Shown here: one piece after another, positions 9,506 to 20,500 of the stretch
Layout: the number at the start of each line of letters is the position of its first letter
Numbering within the stretch: position 1 is the first letter of the stretch
Origin: a virus
Virus record (IMG/VR): IMGVR_UViG_3300007276_000038
Span: 31,374 to 95,373 of that record
DNA length: 64,000 nt
Reading direction: 5' to 3' (one strand)
Made by a program: the position numbers and the translations under genes
Notes under the pieces: model-generated
Databases searched by the model: none
What the model was told of the DNA's origin: nothing
The model's input: only the letters and a program-made list of their open reading frames with translations

Positions 9506-11746
9506 TTATTTTAGTGTTCCGTCTGGATTTCTTGCTGGTAAAAATAGTCGCATGGTTAAATTCAGACTATCATTAACTGCTGGATTTGCTATGTTAGTTA
9601 TATTAACAACTACAGTTCCAGTAACTTCTACCCTAGACCCGTTTAGTGGTATGCGATCTGCATTCAATGGAACGTTTAGTGTTAAGTCCATAAACGGCGC
9701 TATACCAAAAAAGCCTGAAACCATAGTAGCTTGATATCTCGTTCCGCTAGTAACAACATTTACATTAGGTGTACCGAAGGTAACACGCCAAGAGTCTTGA
9801 TCAGCTTCTGGTATCCCGCCAATAGCCCATTCGAATGTCTTGATATTCGGTGGTACGCCACGATTCTGCGCAGCACTTGTTCCTATGCCTGTTTTAAAGA
9901 ACGTAGTTGCTATGCGGTTAGTGTTAGATGTTGTATCCACATAACCGTTAATTAGTGTAGGTAAAACTGCCGTATCCTCAGGATACTTAGTTATTGTTAT
10001 TTGCCTGCTACTAAACAGTACGCCCTGGCTGTCAAATATGTTAAGCGTTCCTGTTTTCTTAGTTTCTTTAATGCCGCTAGTTGGGTTCGCTGGGTTCTTT
10101 AATGTTGGTATCTGAACACGCCCAACGTAGTTGCCAGTTGTGACACTTCCGCTATATGAAAATCCAAAAGACCCACTCGAAGCACTCACATCGTTTATCG
10201 CCGGGTTAGCACCAACACTAAAGCCAGCCAACTGCCATGTCCAGGACGTAGTAGTAGCATTGACTACATCACTGCCAATTACATTATTTACAATTGGTGT
10301 TCCTTCATGAAATGATTGTCCACCTGTTACACTACCGCTAAATGCATCGTTTAATATCTGATAGGTTGTTCCTACTACCTGTGATCCGTTTTGCCAGTCG
10401 CTTCCGCTTCCTGAAACTGTTATCGATTCAGTAGATGGCGCCCAGGTTCTGAGTTTTCGCAACAAGCCAGGTTGTTTATTTTGTGCTAACCCAAACGTCA
10501 TCTGGTTAGACGTAACTGTAAAATCGTCGTCTTGTTGTAAGTCAGTTGGCTGTAAGATAGCTGGGCTAATCACTAACCCTACTAGTTGGCCTGTTGCATT
10601 TGTGCTATCAAATCTAACTGTTTTGCCTACAGCGTTAACACTACGTAATGTAAATGTTGGGCCTGCGCTGTTAGTAGATAGCCGATCAGTTACTGGTCCG
10701 TTACTTGCTATTGAAGTTAACGTGGCTAAATTTTGTTCTTGCACACTGTCTACGAGCAGTGTAGCCCAATTACTGTAAGCTGTGTCCGTTAATGTATCAC
10801 CTGGATTAGACACAGTTGTTGTTGCTGTTACTCCTAATCTAAATTGATAACCGTCGTATGCTGTGTTCACTAGATTAGTAAATGTTATAGTTTGATCTGC
10901 AGATACTGTTACACCTGTTAATGTGCCATTGGTTAGCACTTGTTGGCTAGCCGACGAACTTGTTCTATAATACCATGTGTAAACTGAGTTGTTTGTTCTC
11001 GGTGTACGCCAAGACGGTACTGTAGGATAAGCAGTATACCAAGGTGACGACGAACCGAACGACATAGAGCCGTTGCCTGCGACAGTTACACCGCCTCCGC
11101 CATTAGCTTCTGTTTTAATTACTATAGAAGACCCTGTTAGTGATTTTGTAAAGACTACGTCTGGATTATCAAGCACTAGCTCAGTTACTGATAAAGTTGC
11201 AACTCTACTAGTTTCTGTTGCTGAGACTATGGGAAAACTAGAACCGCCTTCTACTAGTGGTGCTAAAACAAAAGCTGTTACTTTAACTCGAACTCTCACA
11301 CCATTGTTTACTAATATTGCGCTTATCGAATACGTTCTGCTATTTGTCCCATCGTCTATCCAGGTGGTGCCGCCATCAGTAGAATACTGCCACTGATATG
11401 ATATACCTGTCCCGGTTGGGTTTGGTTCTGTACTAGGCCACTCGTTTAATTTGTAGTTAGCTGACACCGTAACTGCAAATAATGCAGTGCCTTGCCCTAT
11501 AAATGCTGAAACATTTTGTACTTGACTACTAAAGATGACGTCCGGTAAAGGATAGTTAGCTTGAGGGACTATTTTATTAATAAAATCGCTATAGCTAATT
11601 GATCCTGGTGATTGCGGGAGTATTTTTTCGGTATTGGTGTCTAGGCTGTAAACACGTACTCCTCTGTAACTTGATAAACTAAACCCTCTAGAGAAACCAG
11701 TATTAATCTCAGTCGCTGTGATAATAGGTAAATTTATATTACTCAT
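9506..11746 (-). CDS. Large fibre-associated adhesin with Ig-like domains
   Basis: 'SYQWQYSTDGGTTW', 'YDGYQFRLGV' Ig-like motifs; N-terminal 'SLSSYRG...PGSISYSDF' fibre-capping motif; ATGA overlap with the fibre gene. Confidence 0.65.
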   Translation of the reverse strand: MSNINLPIITATEINTGFSRGFSLSSYRGVRVYSLDTNTEKILPQSPGSISYSDFINKIVPQANYPLPDVIFSSQVQNVSAFIGQGTALFAVTVSANYKLNEWPSTEPNPTGTGISYQWQYSTDGGTTWIDDGTNSRTYSISAILVNNGVRVRVKVTAFVLAPLVEGGSSFPIVSATETSRVATLSVTELVLDNPDVVFTKSLTGSSIVIKTEANGGGGVTVAGNGSMSFGSSSPWYTAYPTVPSWRTPRTNNSVYTWYYRTSSSASQQVLTNGTLTGVTVSADQTITFTNLVNTAYDGYQFRLGVTATTTVSNPGDTLTDTAYSNWATLLVDSVQEQNLATLTSIASNGPVTDRLSTNSAGPTFTLRSVNAVGKTVRFDSTNATGQLVGLVISPAILQPTDLQQDDDFTVTSNQMTFGLAQNKQPGLLRKLRTWAPSTESITVSGSGSDWQNGSQVVGTTYQILNDAFSGSVTGGQSFHEGTPIVNNVIGSDVVNATTTSWTWQLAGFSVGANPAINDVSASSGSFGFSYSGSVTTGNYVGRVQIPTLKNPANPTSGIKETKKTGTLNIFDSQGVLFSSRQITITKYPEDTAVLPTLINGYVDTTSNTNRIATTFFKTGIGTSAAQNRGVPPNIKTFEWAIGGIPEADQDSWRVTFGTPNVNVVTSGTRYQATMVSGFFGIAPFMDLTLNVPLNADRIPLNGSRVEVTGTVVVNITNIANPAVNDSLNLTMRLFLPARNPDGTLK

Positions 11747-13872
11747 TTTCTACCTAGTTCTGTTCTAAGATCTTCCACTTCCTGTCTTAATTCTTTAATT
11801 GCTTCTACCATTAACCCCATCATGTTTCCGTACGCTACTGCCTTTATGCCCTCGTCATTTTCTACTACTGCTTCAGGTAATACGGCTTCAACGTCTTGTG
11901 CAATAAGTCCAGTTTGATGATTACCGGTATCAATTCTCTTGTATGTGTATCCGGTTAAACTGTCTACCTTATCTAATGCGCCTGCTATTGGCTCTAAATT
12001 AGATTTTAATCTGCGGTCTGAGAATGCTGTAATATCGTTATCAGCAATTATGCCACCTGTTGTGGTAAACTGCACTGTGCCGCTTGGGCCAATGAACGAC
12101 AATGTGCCTAAATAGGCAAAGTCAGCATTGTTCATGGTGATACCGCCAGTTGCTACCATTGGTGCAGTTAACGTCTTTTGTCCTGTTATAGTCTGTGCAG
12201 TATTTGTTGTCACAAAGTTAGCAGGGCTTAATCCGTCAAACGGTGATGTATAAGTGTTTATAATTTCACCAGTACTAGCATTGTAAGCCATATTTGTACC
12301 AGCACTGAATAAGCCTCGAATGTAGGTCTCGTCTGTTCCGAATACGCCAGTGCCTGGAGTGTAGGTAACTCCTTCGCTACCAGCCAATGCCGTTCTTGCT
12401 AAAGTATCTGAATAATATCTGTTTATTGCCCCTTCCGGTAAATCGTCAGTGTCGAATGCGCCTAGGTCGACAGCAATATCATTAGCGTTAGCTATAATAC
12501 CTGTGCCAGCGCCAACTGCCAAAGTAACTATGTTTTGATCAATTTCATTACCTGGTCCTGTACCTACAGTAGGTGTTAATGTTGCTGTCAGGCCAAGACC
12601 GCCTAATACACTGCTAATACTGCTTGCTGGATCTTCCCAAAACACTTGATTACTTGCATCAATGAACATCTGTTGCCCAGTTGTGCCGCTAGTAGTTGGC
12701 ATAGTATAACCATCTATGGTTAGTACGTTTGCTGTAAAATTCTCTGCAAATATATTTTCAATTGGTGCAACATTGCTACCTATGCCAGTGGAAGCACCCA
12801 CTGATATGTTGCCGCCTATCACAATATCATTAACAAATATCTGGCTTACGCTAGAGTTTGCTGTTCCTATATTAACAACACTATTCCCGTTAACTAAGAT
12901 GCTGCCGCTTGTGTCATTGCCTATATATAAATCAGTTATATAACCTTCGTTAAACACAGCGTTTGCTTGCCCTATGTCATAAACATCTGTTGTATTGGGT
13001 ACGAGTGAACTGTTAGCGTTAAAGATATCGGTAGCAGTTATAGTGTTGCTAACATTAGCTGCGAGGTCAACATTACCTGTGTTAATACCGAACGATACTG
13101 CTGCTTGTCCTGACCTATCAGCATAAAAAACACTTGACTCATTATCAGTACGTAAATTTAATCCTGGCTTGATTACAGCACCTATGCCACCATTTTCGAT
13201 TAGTTCTGCGTAGTAAGAAACTACCTGATCATTTGTTTCACTTGAATCATTTGCGGCTACAGTAAATTCATTGTGGCCGCTGAGGATAGCTAATATTTTT
13301 TCACCCTGATAGTAATAACCAGGAGTTTGTGCGCCGTCATTGTTATAAGTTAATGCTAATACTGCTCGGGGAGTGCCCCCGTTTAGATCTTGCAAAAAGA
13401 TTGTGCGGAATGTTGATCCGTATGTGCTCGGAAACCCTAATGTAGGATTACCTGCATAGCTACTAGAAATATCTCTTAGACTGTAAGTTGTGCGCCATTC
13501 GTTGTTAACGTTAATAAACAATTGATCACTGTCAGTGTTATAGTACATGATGCCTGATTTTTGTGATTGACCGTAATCATTTGGTGGTACAGCGTTAGAT
13601 ACTAAAGTTAACGTAGGAACCCAAGCGTTAATGGTACCGTCAAATACACGAAAGTTACCGTTTCTCGAATCCCACCAGGTCTGTCCGTCAGTAGGTCGAA
13701 TAGGAGGATTAACGCTTGAGAAATTTTCTAAAAGGCTTAATGTATTTTGTGCAATTTCCCTACCGTAGTCTTCATAGTTACGCCCGATCAGATTAATCGA
13801 AAACTCTTTGTTAAGAGCATCGTCCTGGATGATTATAGGGTTGCCGCTGTTTTGTTCAATAATATATGGCAC
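11743..13872 (-). CDS. Tail fibre with peptidase S74 chaperone, paralogue of 7025-9463
   Basis: 'AFSDRRLKSNL...GLIAQDVEAVLPEAV...AVAYGNMMGLMVEAIKEL'; shared N-terminal domain (MPYII...LLENFS). Confidence 0.85.
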   Translation of the reverse strand: MPYIIEQNSGNPIIIQDDALNKEFSINLIGRNYEDYGREIAQNTLSLLENFSSVNPPIRPTDGQTWWDSRNGNFRVFDGTINAWVPTLTLVSNAVPPNDYGQSQKSGIMYYNTDSDQLFINVNNEWRTTYSLRDISSSYAGNPTLGFPSTYGSTFRTIFLQDLNGGTPRAVLALTYNNDGAQTPGYYYQGEKILAILSGHNEFTVAANDSSETNDQVVSYYAELIENGGIGAVIKPGLNLRTDNESSVFYADRSGQAAVSFGINTGNVDLAANVSNTITATDIFNANSSLVPNTTDVYDIGQANAVFNEGYITDLYIGNDTSGSILVNGNSVVNIGTANSSVSQIFVNDIVIGGNISVGASTGIGSNVAPIENIFAENFTANVLTIDGYTMPTTSGTTGQQMFIDASNQVFWEDPASSISSVLGGLGLTATLTPTVGTGPGNEIDQNIVTLAVGAGTGIIANANDIAVDLGAFDTDDLPEGAINRYYSDTLARTALAGSEGVTYTPGTGVFGTDETYIRGLFSAGTNMAYNASTGEIINTYTSPFDGLSPANFVTTNTAQTITGQKTLTAPMVATGGITMNNADFAYLGTLSFIGPSGTVQFTTTGGIIADNDITAFSDRRLKSNLEPIAGALDKVDSLTGYTYKRIDTGNHQTGLIAQDVEAVLPEAVVENDEGIKAVAYGNMMGLMVEAIKELRQEVEDLRTELGRK

Positions 13873-13886
13873 TGGTTTTTATCCTC

Positions 13887-14540
13887 TTAGCTTAATTGCA
13901 CTCTAACGGTGTAAATTACTTCTATAATTCTGTTTAAACTCTTTTGTACTGGGTGAAAAATCACATGTGTTAACATGGTACTAGATTCTATTGGATTATC
14001 TAATGTATTATCGAGCGGCTTCGTAAATAACCCAAGCTCATCAAATATGTATGGGCCCTCATTATTAATGCTGCTGTCAAAATTTGATGCGCCTTCTTCT
14101 TGACTTGGTTCGCCATAGTTTAATGTGCAGGTTACTTTAATATCACTGTAGCTAGGTCCAACTAAAATTTCTACCCTACTAGTGTCATCGCTATTGTCTG
14201 CGTCAACACGCTTTTGATAAGTCCTGCTATATAAATTAGCACCCGACTCAAAGGACTCAGTGACTCTAGGAGACTTATAAACAATACGGCCTGATGTATC
14301 TACACTAGTAGCACCGTTGCCGAATGCCATGTAGTATACAAAAGCATCTGCTCTATTGTTCAGCGCCTGAGCAACCATATAAGCCATATTTCCGTAATGT
14401 ATAGCATTTCGCTTATTGGCTAAAACTTCTCCAGTTTCTTTGTCGCGGATCAGGATGTGTCCGCTCATATTCAATCCTAGATTGTCGTCTGGTTTGTCAT
14501 TGCTCATGGTTTTTTTGTCCTGAGGGTTATTAGTATTCAT
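13887..14540 (-). CDS. Baseplate/tail structural protein (start at 14540 or 14507)
   Basis: 'MAFGNGAT', 'FDELGLF', 'MLTHVIFHPVQKSLNR' C-terminus; a late promoter inside the track's 5' extension favours a later start. Confidence 0.65.
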   Translation of the reverse strand: MNTNNPQDKKTMSNDKPDDNLGLNMSGHILIRDKETGEVLANKRNAIHYGNMAYMVAQALNNRADAFVYYMAFGNGATSVDTSGRIVYKSPRVTESFESGANLYSRTYQKRVDADNSDDTSRVEILVGPSYSDIKVTCTLNYGEPSQEEGASNFDSSINNEGPYIFDELGLFTKPLDNTLDNPIESSTMLTHVIFHPVQKSLNRIIEVIYTVRVQLS

Positions 14541-14545
14541 ATCTT

Positions 14546-14553
14546 TATTTATC
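14546..14553 (-). promoter_or_regulatory. Late promoter GATAAATA
   Basis: 5 nt upstream of ATG 14540. Confidence 0.7.
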
Positions 14554-14559
14554 GCCTTT

Positions 14560-17500
14560 TTATTGTACGTCATGTAAGAACCTCATAATGTTATCTACGC
14601 TAGTAAAATCAATATTGCCAGCGTCAGCTAGACTCAATGAAGTTCCACTTACTAAGGTTGCAGCATCCCATCTCCACGTGTTAGGCTGACCGTTATAAGT
14701 ATACGTTGTTATTATTAAATTGCTGCCCGGTGGATCAAACACCTCTACGTAAGCAGGATCAAACGTTGCTGGTGAATATGTGATGCCTATTAGACTATTT
14801 GCTTCGTCTACTGTAGCTATCAACACATACACATTTACATTAGAATTAGCCGGAGTATTTTCTGTAACTTGTATCGCAGCGCCTTCAACTAATCCTATGT
14901 TAGCATAAGTGTTGCTGGTCGCGCCAACACTTATATTAGCTGTCTGTAAGTCCGCAGATATTAGTGTACCAAAGGTGTTCTCTACTACTACGTTTGCTTC
15001 ATCCCATCTATCAAGCTGTGTATAGTTTGCTGCATCTTCGTCGGCTTCGTTAATCAATACTCTTAGTCCAGTTACTGGATCAAGTATAAGATCACCGTTA
15101 CCATCACGTAGATACGTAGCCGAAGTACCCGGGGTTAAGTCAATTGACTCGTACCATTCATCAACATTACCGAAGTATACTGATCCAGTAGTTAGCCATA
15201 CATTTTGTCTTGGGTTTAGATTATTGAATAACTGGCCAGGGGAAGCAGAGTACACTTCAGAACCATACACATGATCTTGTATAGTTGTACCATCTTGTCC
15301 TCTTCTAAGCTGCGACAACACCTTACCAACCTTACTTGAGTATCCTATCTTCTCCCCATTGATCCATACAAATCCAGGCTCTTCTCTGTTAGCGTCTTCT
15401 AATGTATCCAACTCATCTCTAAGCACAATAGTCTCGCTGTGTGCAAACAGTTTAGACTTAAATACTAAACTGGTGCCTGTTGTTGCTTCACTAGTAAAGT
15501 CTACGGTAACAACATCAGTTGAATCGTTTATACTTGTTACCTCACCGATCAACTCATCAGTGTCGGCTCTATGTACCTGCATAAACATTACTATGCCCTT
15601 GCTTTCCTGTAGCTGTACTTCGTTTGTGCCTACAGTAACGTTAGCATCAAGTTCGACGGGAACTGTATCTGTAACTAACTCACCTGTGGATAACTTAGTT
15701 ATGCGAAGGTAATCTGACTCGCCGAACAAAGTATGGTGCATTCTGTACTTAACCTCTCTTGATGCTGGAGGTAGTGACGCTAATATATTTCCGTTACTAT
15801 CAAACGCATCAGTCGATGTAGTCACTGTCATAATAAAGTTTTCTAGTGGTGTAAGCTGCACTAGCTCTTCAGGATGCTCTGGACCGTATATACCTCGCTG
15901 GAACGTTCCTGCTGAGAATCCCGAATATACTTCGTCATTGACTTGTAATGTAGAGTTACCAGTGAACGTTCCTTCGTATGAGTCATAAGTTTGTATTGTA
16001 TTCAATCCATCACTTTCTAATGGATCAACATCGTAACTATATGCCAGACTTGCGTTAGACGTGTGGTCTAGCTCATTATCAATAAACTGGTCAAAGATGC
16101 CGCCATCAAGTGAAGAACCTCTATATGCTCCGCCAACTTTAGATTGCAGTAAGTCAAGTGTTCCTGACAGACCGTTATTAGAAACAATGTCTTCCATTGC
16201 GCTTACGTTACCCACAATATCTATATTTTCAAAAGCTGTTGCATCATCGAAGTATCTATTAACTTCTAAGTTAAAGCAATTTATGACAACAGGATCGTAA
16301 ACAAATATTCTGTCAATTGCGCGTAGTCCGTCAGTGTGGAATCGTATCTCTGAATTAGCAACTAAAACGTTGCTTAATGCAGTTGTAATTGTTACGGTGC
16401 TGTTAGCTTCGTTAATTGATTCTACTAAGCCTGATATTACATCGACGTTGTCAAGAACAACATCAACTTCTTGCCCGATGTAAATACCCTCTACATCATC
16501 AATAGCAATAATACTATCGTCGACTTCTGCATTTGCTGTTATTGTTCTAAACTTGCTTTCGTATGTAATTGCGCGAGGATCAATTTGTGTTAGATACGCT
16601 ATATTTTCTGCGATGCTTCTATTCAGCGAAGTAGTACTCTTGTCTACGTTGCGTCTAGTTAGTTCCCAGTTCGTTCTATCAAAAACCATCACTGTATTAG
16701 TCTTGCGAATTATATCAGTATTGCCACTAGTATATGCAGTGAAATAATCAATATATCTTGGGTCAGTAGACAATATTGCTTGATCTGCTTCCGACTGCTC
16801 GTTTAGTATGCGTGTAGTATTTGCGTCTGCATCTACGTACGGTGGCTTGTCTGCATCACTTAGACTATTTTGACCTACTGTATCCAACTCTGCTGATTTA
16901 CCATCTTTGTACTCACGTATCTTAGAATGATACGGTTTCACATCATTCATGTAGTCTAGTACGCGCTGGAAGTTCTCTGGCTTAAATCCGCTGTACTGTT
17001 TTAGATCATTTTCTTGCTTTTCGATATACAAGTAACTTGTCTTGAATGCCCACGATAACTGACCTTGTTCGGTGTATGCGTATTTAACAAGCTCAAAGAA
17101 TAATTCATTCCAGAACGTTGTGCCTACAAATACATTGTCGCGTAGTGTTTCTAGCAATGATCTAACTTCTAATGCTAGTGTGGGATTTTGTTCATCAGTA
17201 AATACGCTATCGTTAAATTTAACTGTATCGTTCGATATGCTGATTAATTCAAAGTTAGCAAGTGATGCTCTGTACATCCATAACTGTGAGGAGTTGTTCT
17301 GATCGCTTTGCACAAGAACTACAGTTTCATCAGGTATATCAACTAGCCTATCTAGTTCGCTTACGTTTGATACTTTGTAAACTGGCTTGTAGCTTTCGTC
17401 GAAACGTATTTTTTCATTAGTAGCTGTATCAACACGATCAACTTCATACCAGCTAACTGTTTCTATGTACGTGCGGTCTGAAGGTAAGTTAACGTCCCAT

Positions 17501-20500
17501 GCCGGGAATTGACTATTAAGTTTTAGTCCAGCTAACATTTCATTAATGACACTCACCATCACTCGTCGTGCGCCTGATATGTTCTCAAACATTGTTTGTC
17601 GAGGACGGAAATTTGTTCCGTAACGTTCAACATAACTTAATGTAGGATCAGGCACACTTTGGAAGATTGCGTTTTCGCCAGCTAAACTATCAATTAACTT
17701 CTCTGACAATATGCTAGGAACAGTACTACTGCTATCGTTCTCACGCACTAATTTCCACGCTGTGTGACTTAGCCCATCAGGATTTAAATTTCTGCTAAAG
17801 TTAATTTGCAGATGATTTTCTTCGTTTTCTAATAACTCGCCTACATTGCTAAGTATAAAGCTCTCATCACTTGCAAAGCTAATAGTGTGCAATCCATAAC
17901 CAACTGGATTTGCTATGTATCGTGCAACTGTCTGCGTATCTAACTTACGGCCTAAGTCTCGCTTAATACGATCATCAATAATATTGCGATTCTGTACCCA
18001 ATAATAATAATACATCGTGTATTGGCCTGTTACAGGATCACGTCGACGTTCTGTTATGAATTTGTCAGGCCAGCGTGGCGATCCGTTGCCTGTCCATTTA
18101 CTAGGCAATGCCTTAGACTCTACCCACTCGCAAATAGTAATAGAACTTCCAGGGAATGTTCTGCCCCAGTTATTTGCACGATTTAAATTAGTTCCTTGCT
18201 CGTACCACATATACCGTACTGTGCTAGTATCCCACCAAACTTTACCTATATTATTCTGACCAAAACCAGTTCTTGCATTATTGTATGCTACAGGATCATT
18301 GTCAGTTATAAAATGTATTTCATTATCAATAAATCCTGGTAGTACGCCTTTGAACGGATCCCATAGATTTAGTGTAGCGGTTCGTGCGCCTGTATCATTG
18401 TCGTACAGTAACGCACTGCGAACGTAATCTACATCAACTAGCGGTTCTTGCTGTCTAATTATTTCGCCGTCCTCTAGATACGCCCAGCCGTTACCTTCAT
18501 AGTCATCCACCCATGCCTTCGGTAAGTTAACTGTATTTGCTACGTTGCCAGGCTCAACTTCTCTGTTGTCTAGCGGTAACTGATTCGTTTCATTGAATCG
18601 TTTGCTTTCAAAGATATTAACAGTAGTTAACTCTTTTTTAGCTGTAGTGTTTAACGTAAGTGCATCGCCAAAGATATTTGTAATTTCGTACTTATATAGT
18701 TCTCTTATTGGATTGATAACTGCATCGCCAAAGATACTGTTATTGTCTGTTTCTAAGTCAAACAAGCATAGTAGACTTAATAATCTACTTGGAGGAATAC
18801 TTGCTAATGGTCTTCCTGTAATCTCAGCTATACGCTGTTCGTCTAACAAGCCAAGAGACTCGTTAGTTTCATACAAGCGATCTATTTCTTCTGCTGCTGT
18901 TGCTGCCCCGCCAGTAGACGAAGCATCATTAGCAATACCTTCTAGACATAATATACCTAAGTCGTAATCGCCAATCGGTAATCCTAATTTTTCAAGGAAG
19001 CCTGGTGTTGACGAATCTATATTGACGCCCGGGAATGTAGTGTTTAACTCGATTATACTTAAATCTTCGACTGGTGTTACATCAAACGACAGATCCTCTG
19101 GTGCATAGCCTACACCAACTAAGGCGTCATTAAGTGCAGCAACTAGTGCTTCGGGTGCGTTAACTTGAGTAACAACATCTGGTATTCCTAGTGCTTCTTT
19201 AGCTGTGCCTTTCTCAGAACAATCTGGAACTTCTTGCGCTGTTATAAACAGTCTTGCACCTGAACCACCTGATGTTATGTTCGGCTCTGCATACTGACCG
19301 TATTCAGCACTACTTGAGTCTTGATTAAAGTTAAACGTTTTTCTTAATAACTTACCTTCGTCAAATGCTTGCTGTGCAGATCCTCTGAACGCAGCGTCGA
19401 TCAATACGTAAGTATTAGGATCATACGCGCCCGGAGAACCAGTGTACGGTATAAAGTTTTTACCGTTCCAATAGTATTCAGGTGTTAGCTTCCAATCAGG
19501 ATGCTTAAACTGTTGGCCTGTACCAGCTTCTTTAATAAACAATGCTACTGTAACAATTAGGTTAAGCCAAATAATTTTTTCAGCGCCTACTAGTGTGTCT
19601 GCTCCAAACTCTCGCGCTTTACGCTGAACTTCAGCAATAATTGCGTCTTGCTCTGGAGTAGTAGGGTTTTCAGCTTTGTACGTAGCGACTAGCTGATCAA
19701 ACAACTCAAAGTTAAAGTCAATAAACGGTTCTAGCCCATACTCAGGGTGTCTAGGTGTGCCGTACTGTGCATTATCACGTGCAGGATCTGCAACACCTAG
19801 CATCTTATCGCGCTGGTCTCTTGTAATTATTCCTGCTTCTGGATTAATTAACCCTACGCCTTGTGCTGCGTAATCATACTCAAGAGGTATACCGTATGTT
19901 AAATCACTCGGGAATACTTTGTATAGACCTCTGTCTATAACACGTAAGCTAGTAATAGTACCGTCTTCGTCCACATCAGTCACAATAAACTTAGCAATAC
20001 GCAACGGTCCTGCCATTGAGGTGTATCCATCTGCAAACAAATCATCTGACGTTAAGTCACCAGGGTCGCGGTTAGTTAAATCAACTTCTGGATTAAGTGC
20101 GATTAACGAACTCACTTTTGCTGGGATCTTTCTCAGTGTAGGATCTATAGTATCAACAAGAGATGCTCTAGTAGAAGTTATGCTTGTGTAGCTTTCAAAC
20201 CATGGTCGTCTAGCAGTAACAGTTATACCGTTGCCAAACAGCAAGTCAACACTTTCTTGTGTTGAGAATACAGCATCTTCTACATAAAACTTGTTAGCGA
20301 ATACAGTTGGGTCACCTTCCGATGAATCTGGAATCCAAAACAAACCAGTTTGTGGTGTTCCGCCATCTGGAGTAAATGCAATTTCAACATAGCTATTAGG
20401 ACGAATCCAGCCGCTAGCTGCGGTAGCTGTGTTAACTTGTATCTCTGCTCTTGATGCTGTAGAAACATCTTGGGTTGATCGATCAACCCAAGCAATACTT

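Noticed and set aside
6559-13872. Diversity-generating retroelement or invertible fibre cassette
   Set aside because: No reverse transcriptase, invertase, TR/VR pair or flanking inverted repeats seen in this window
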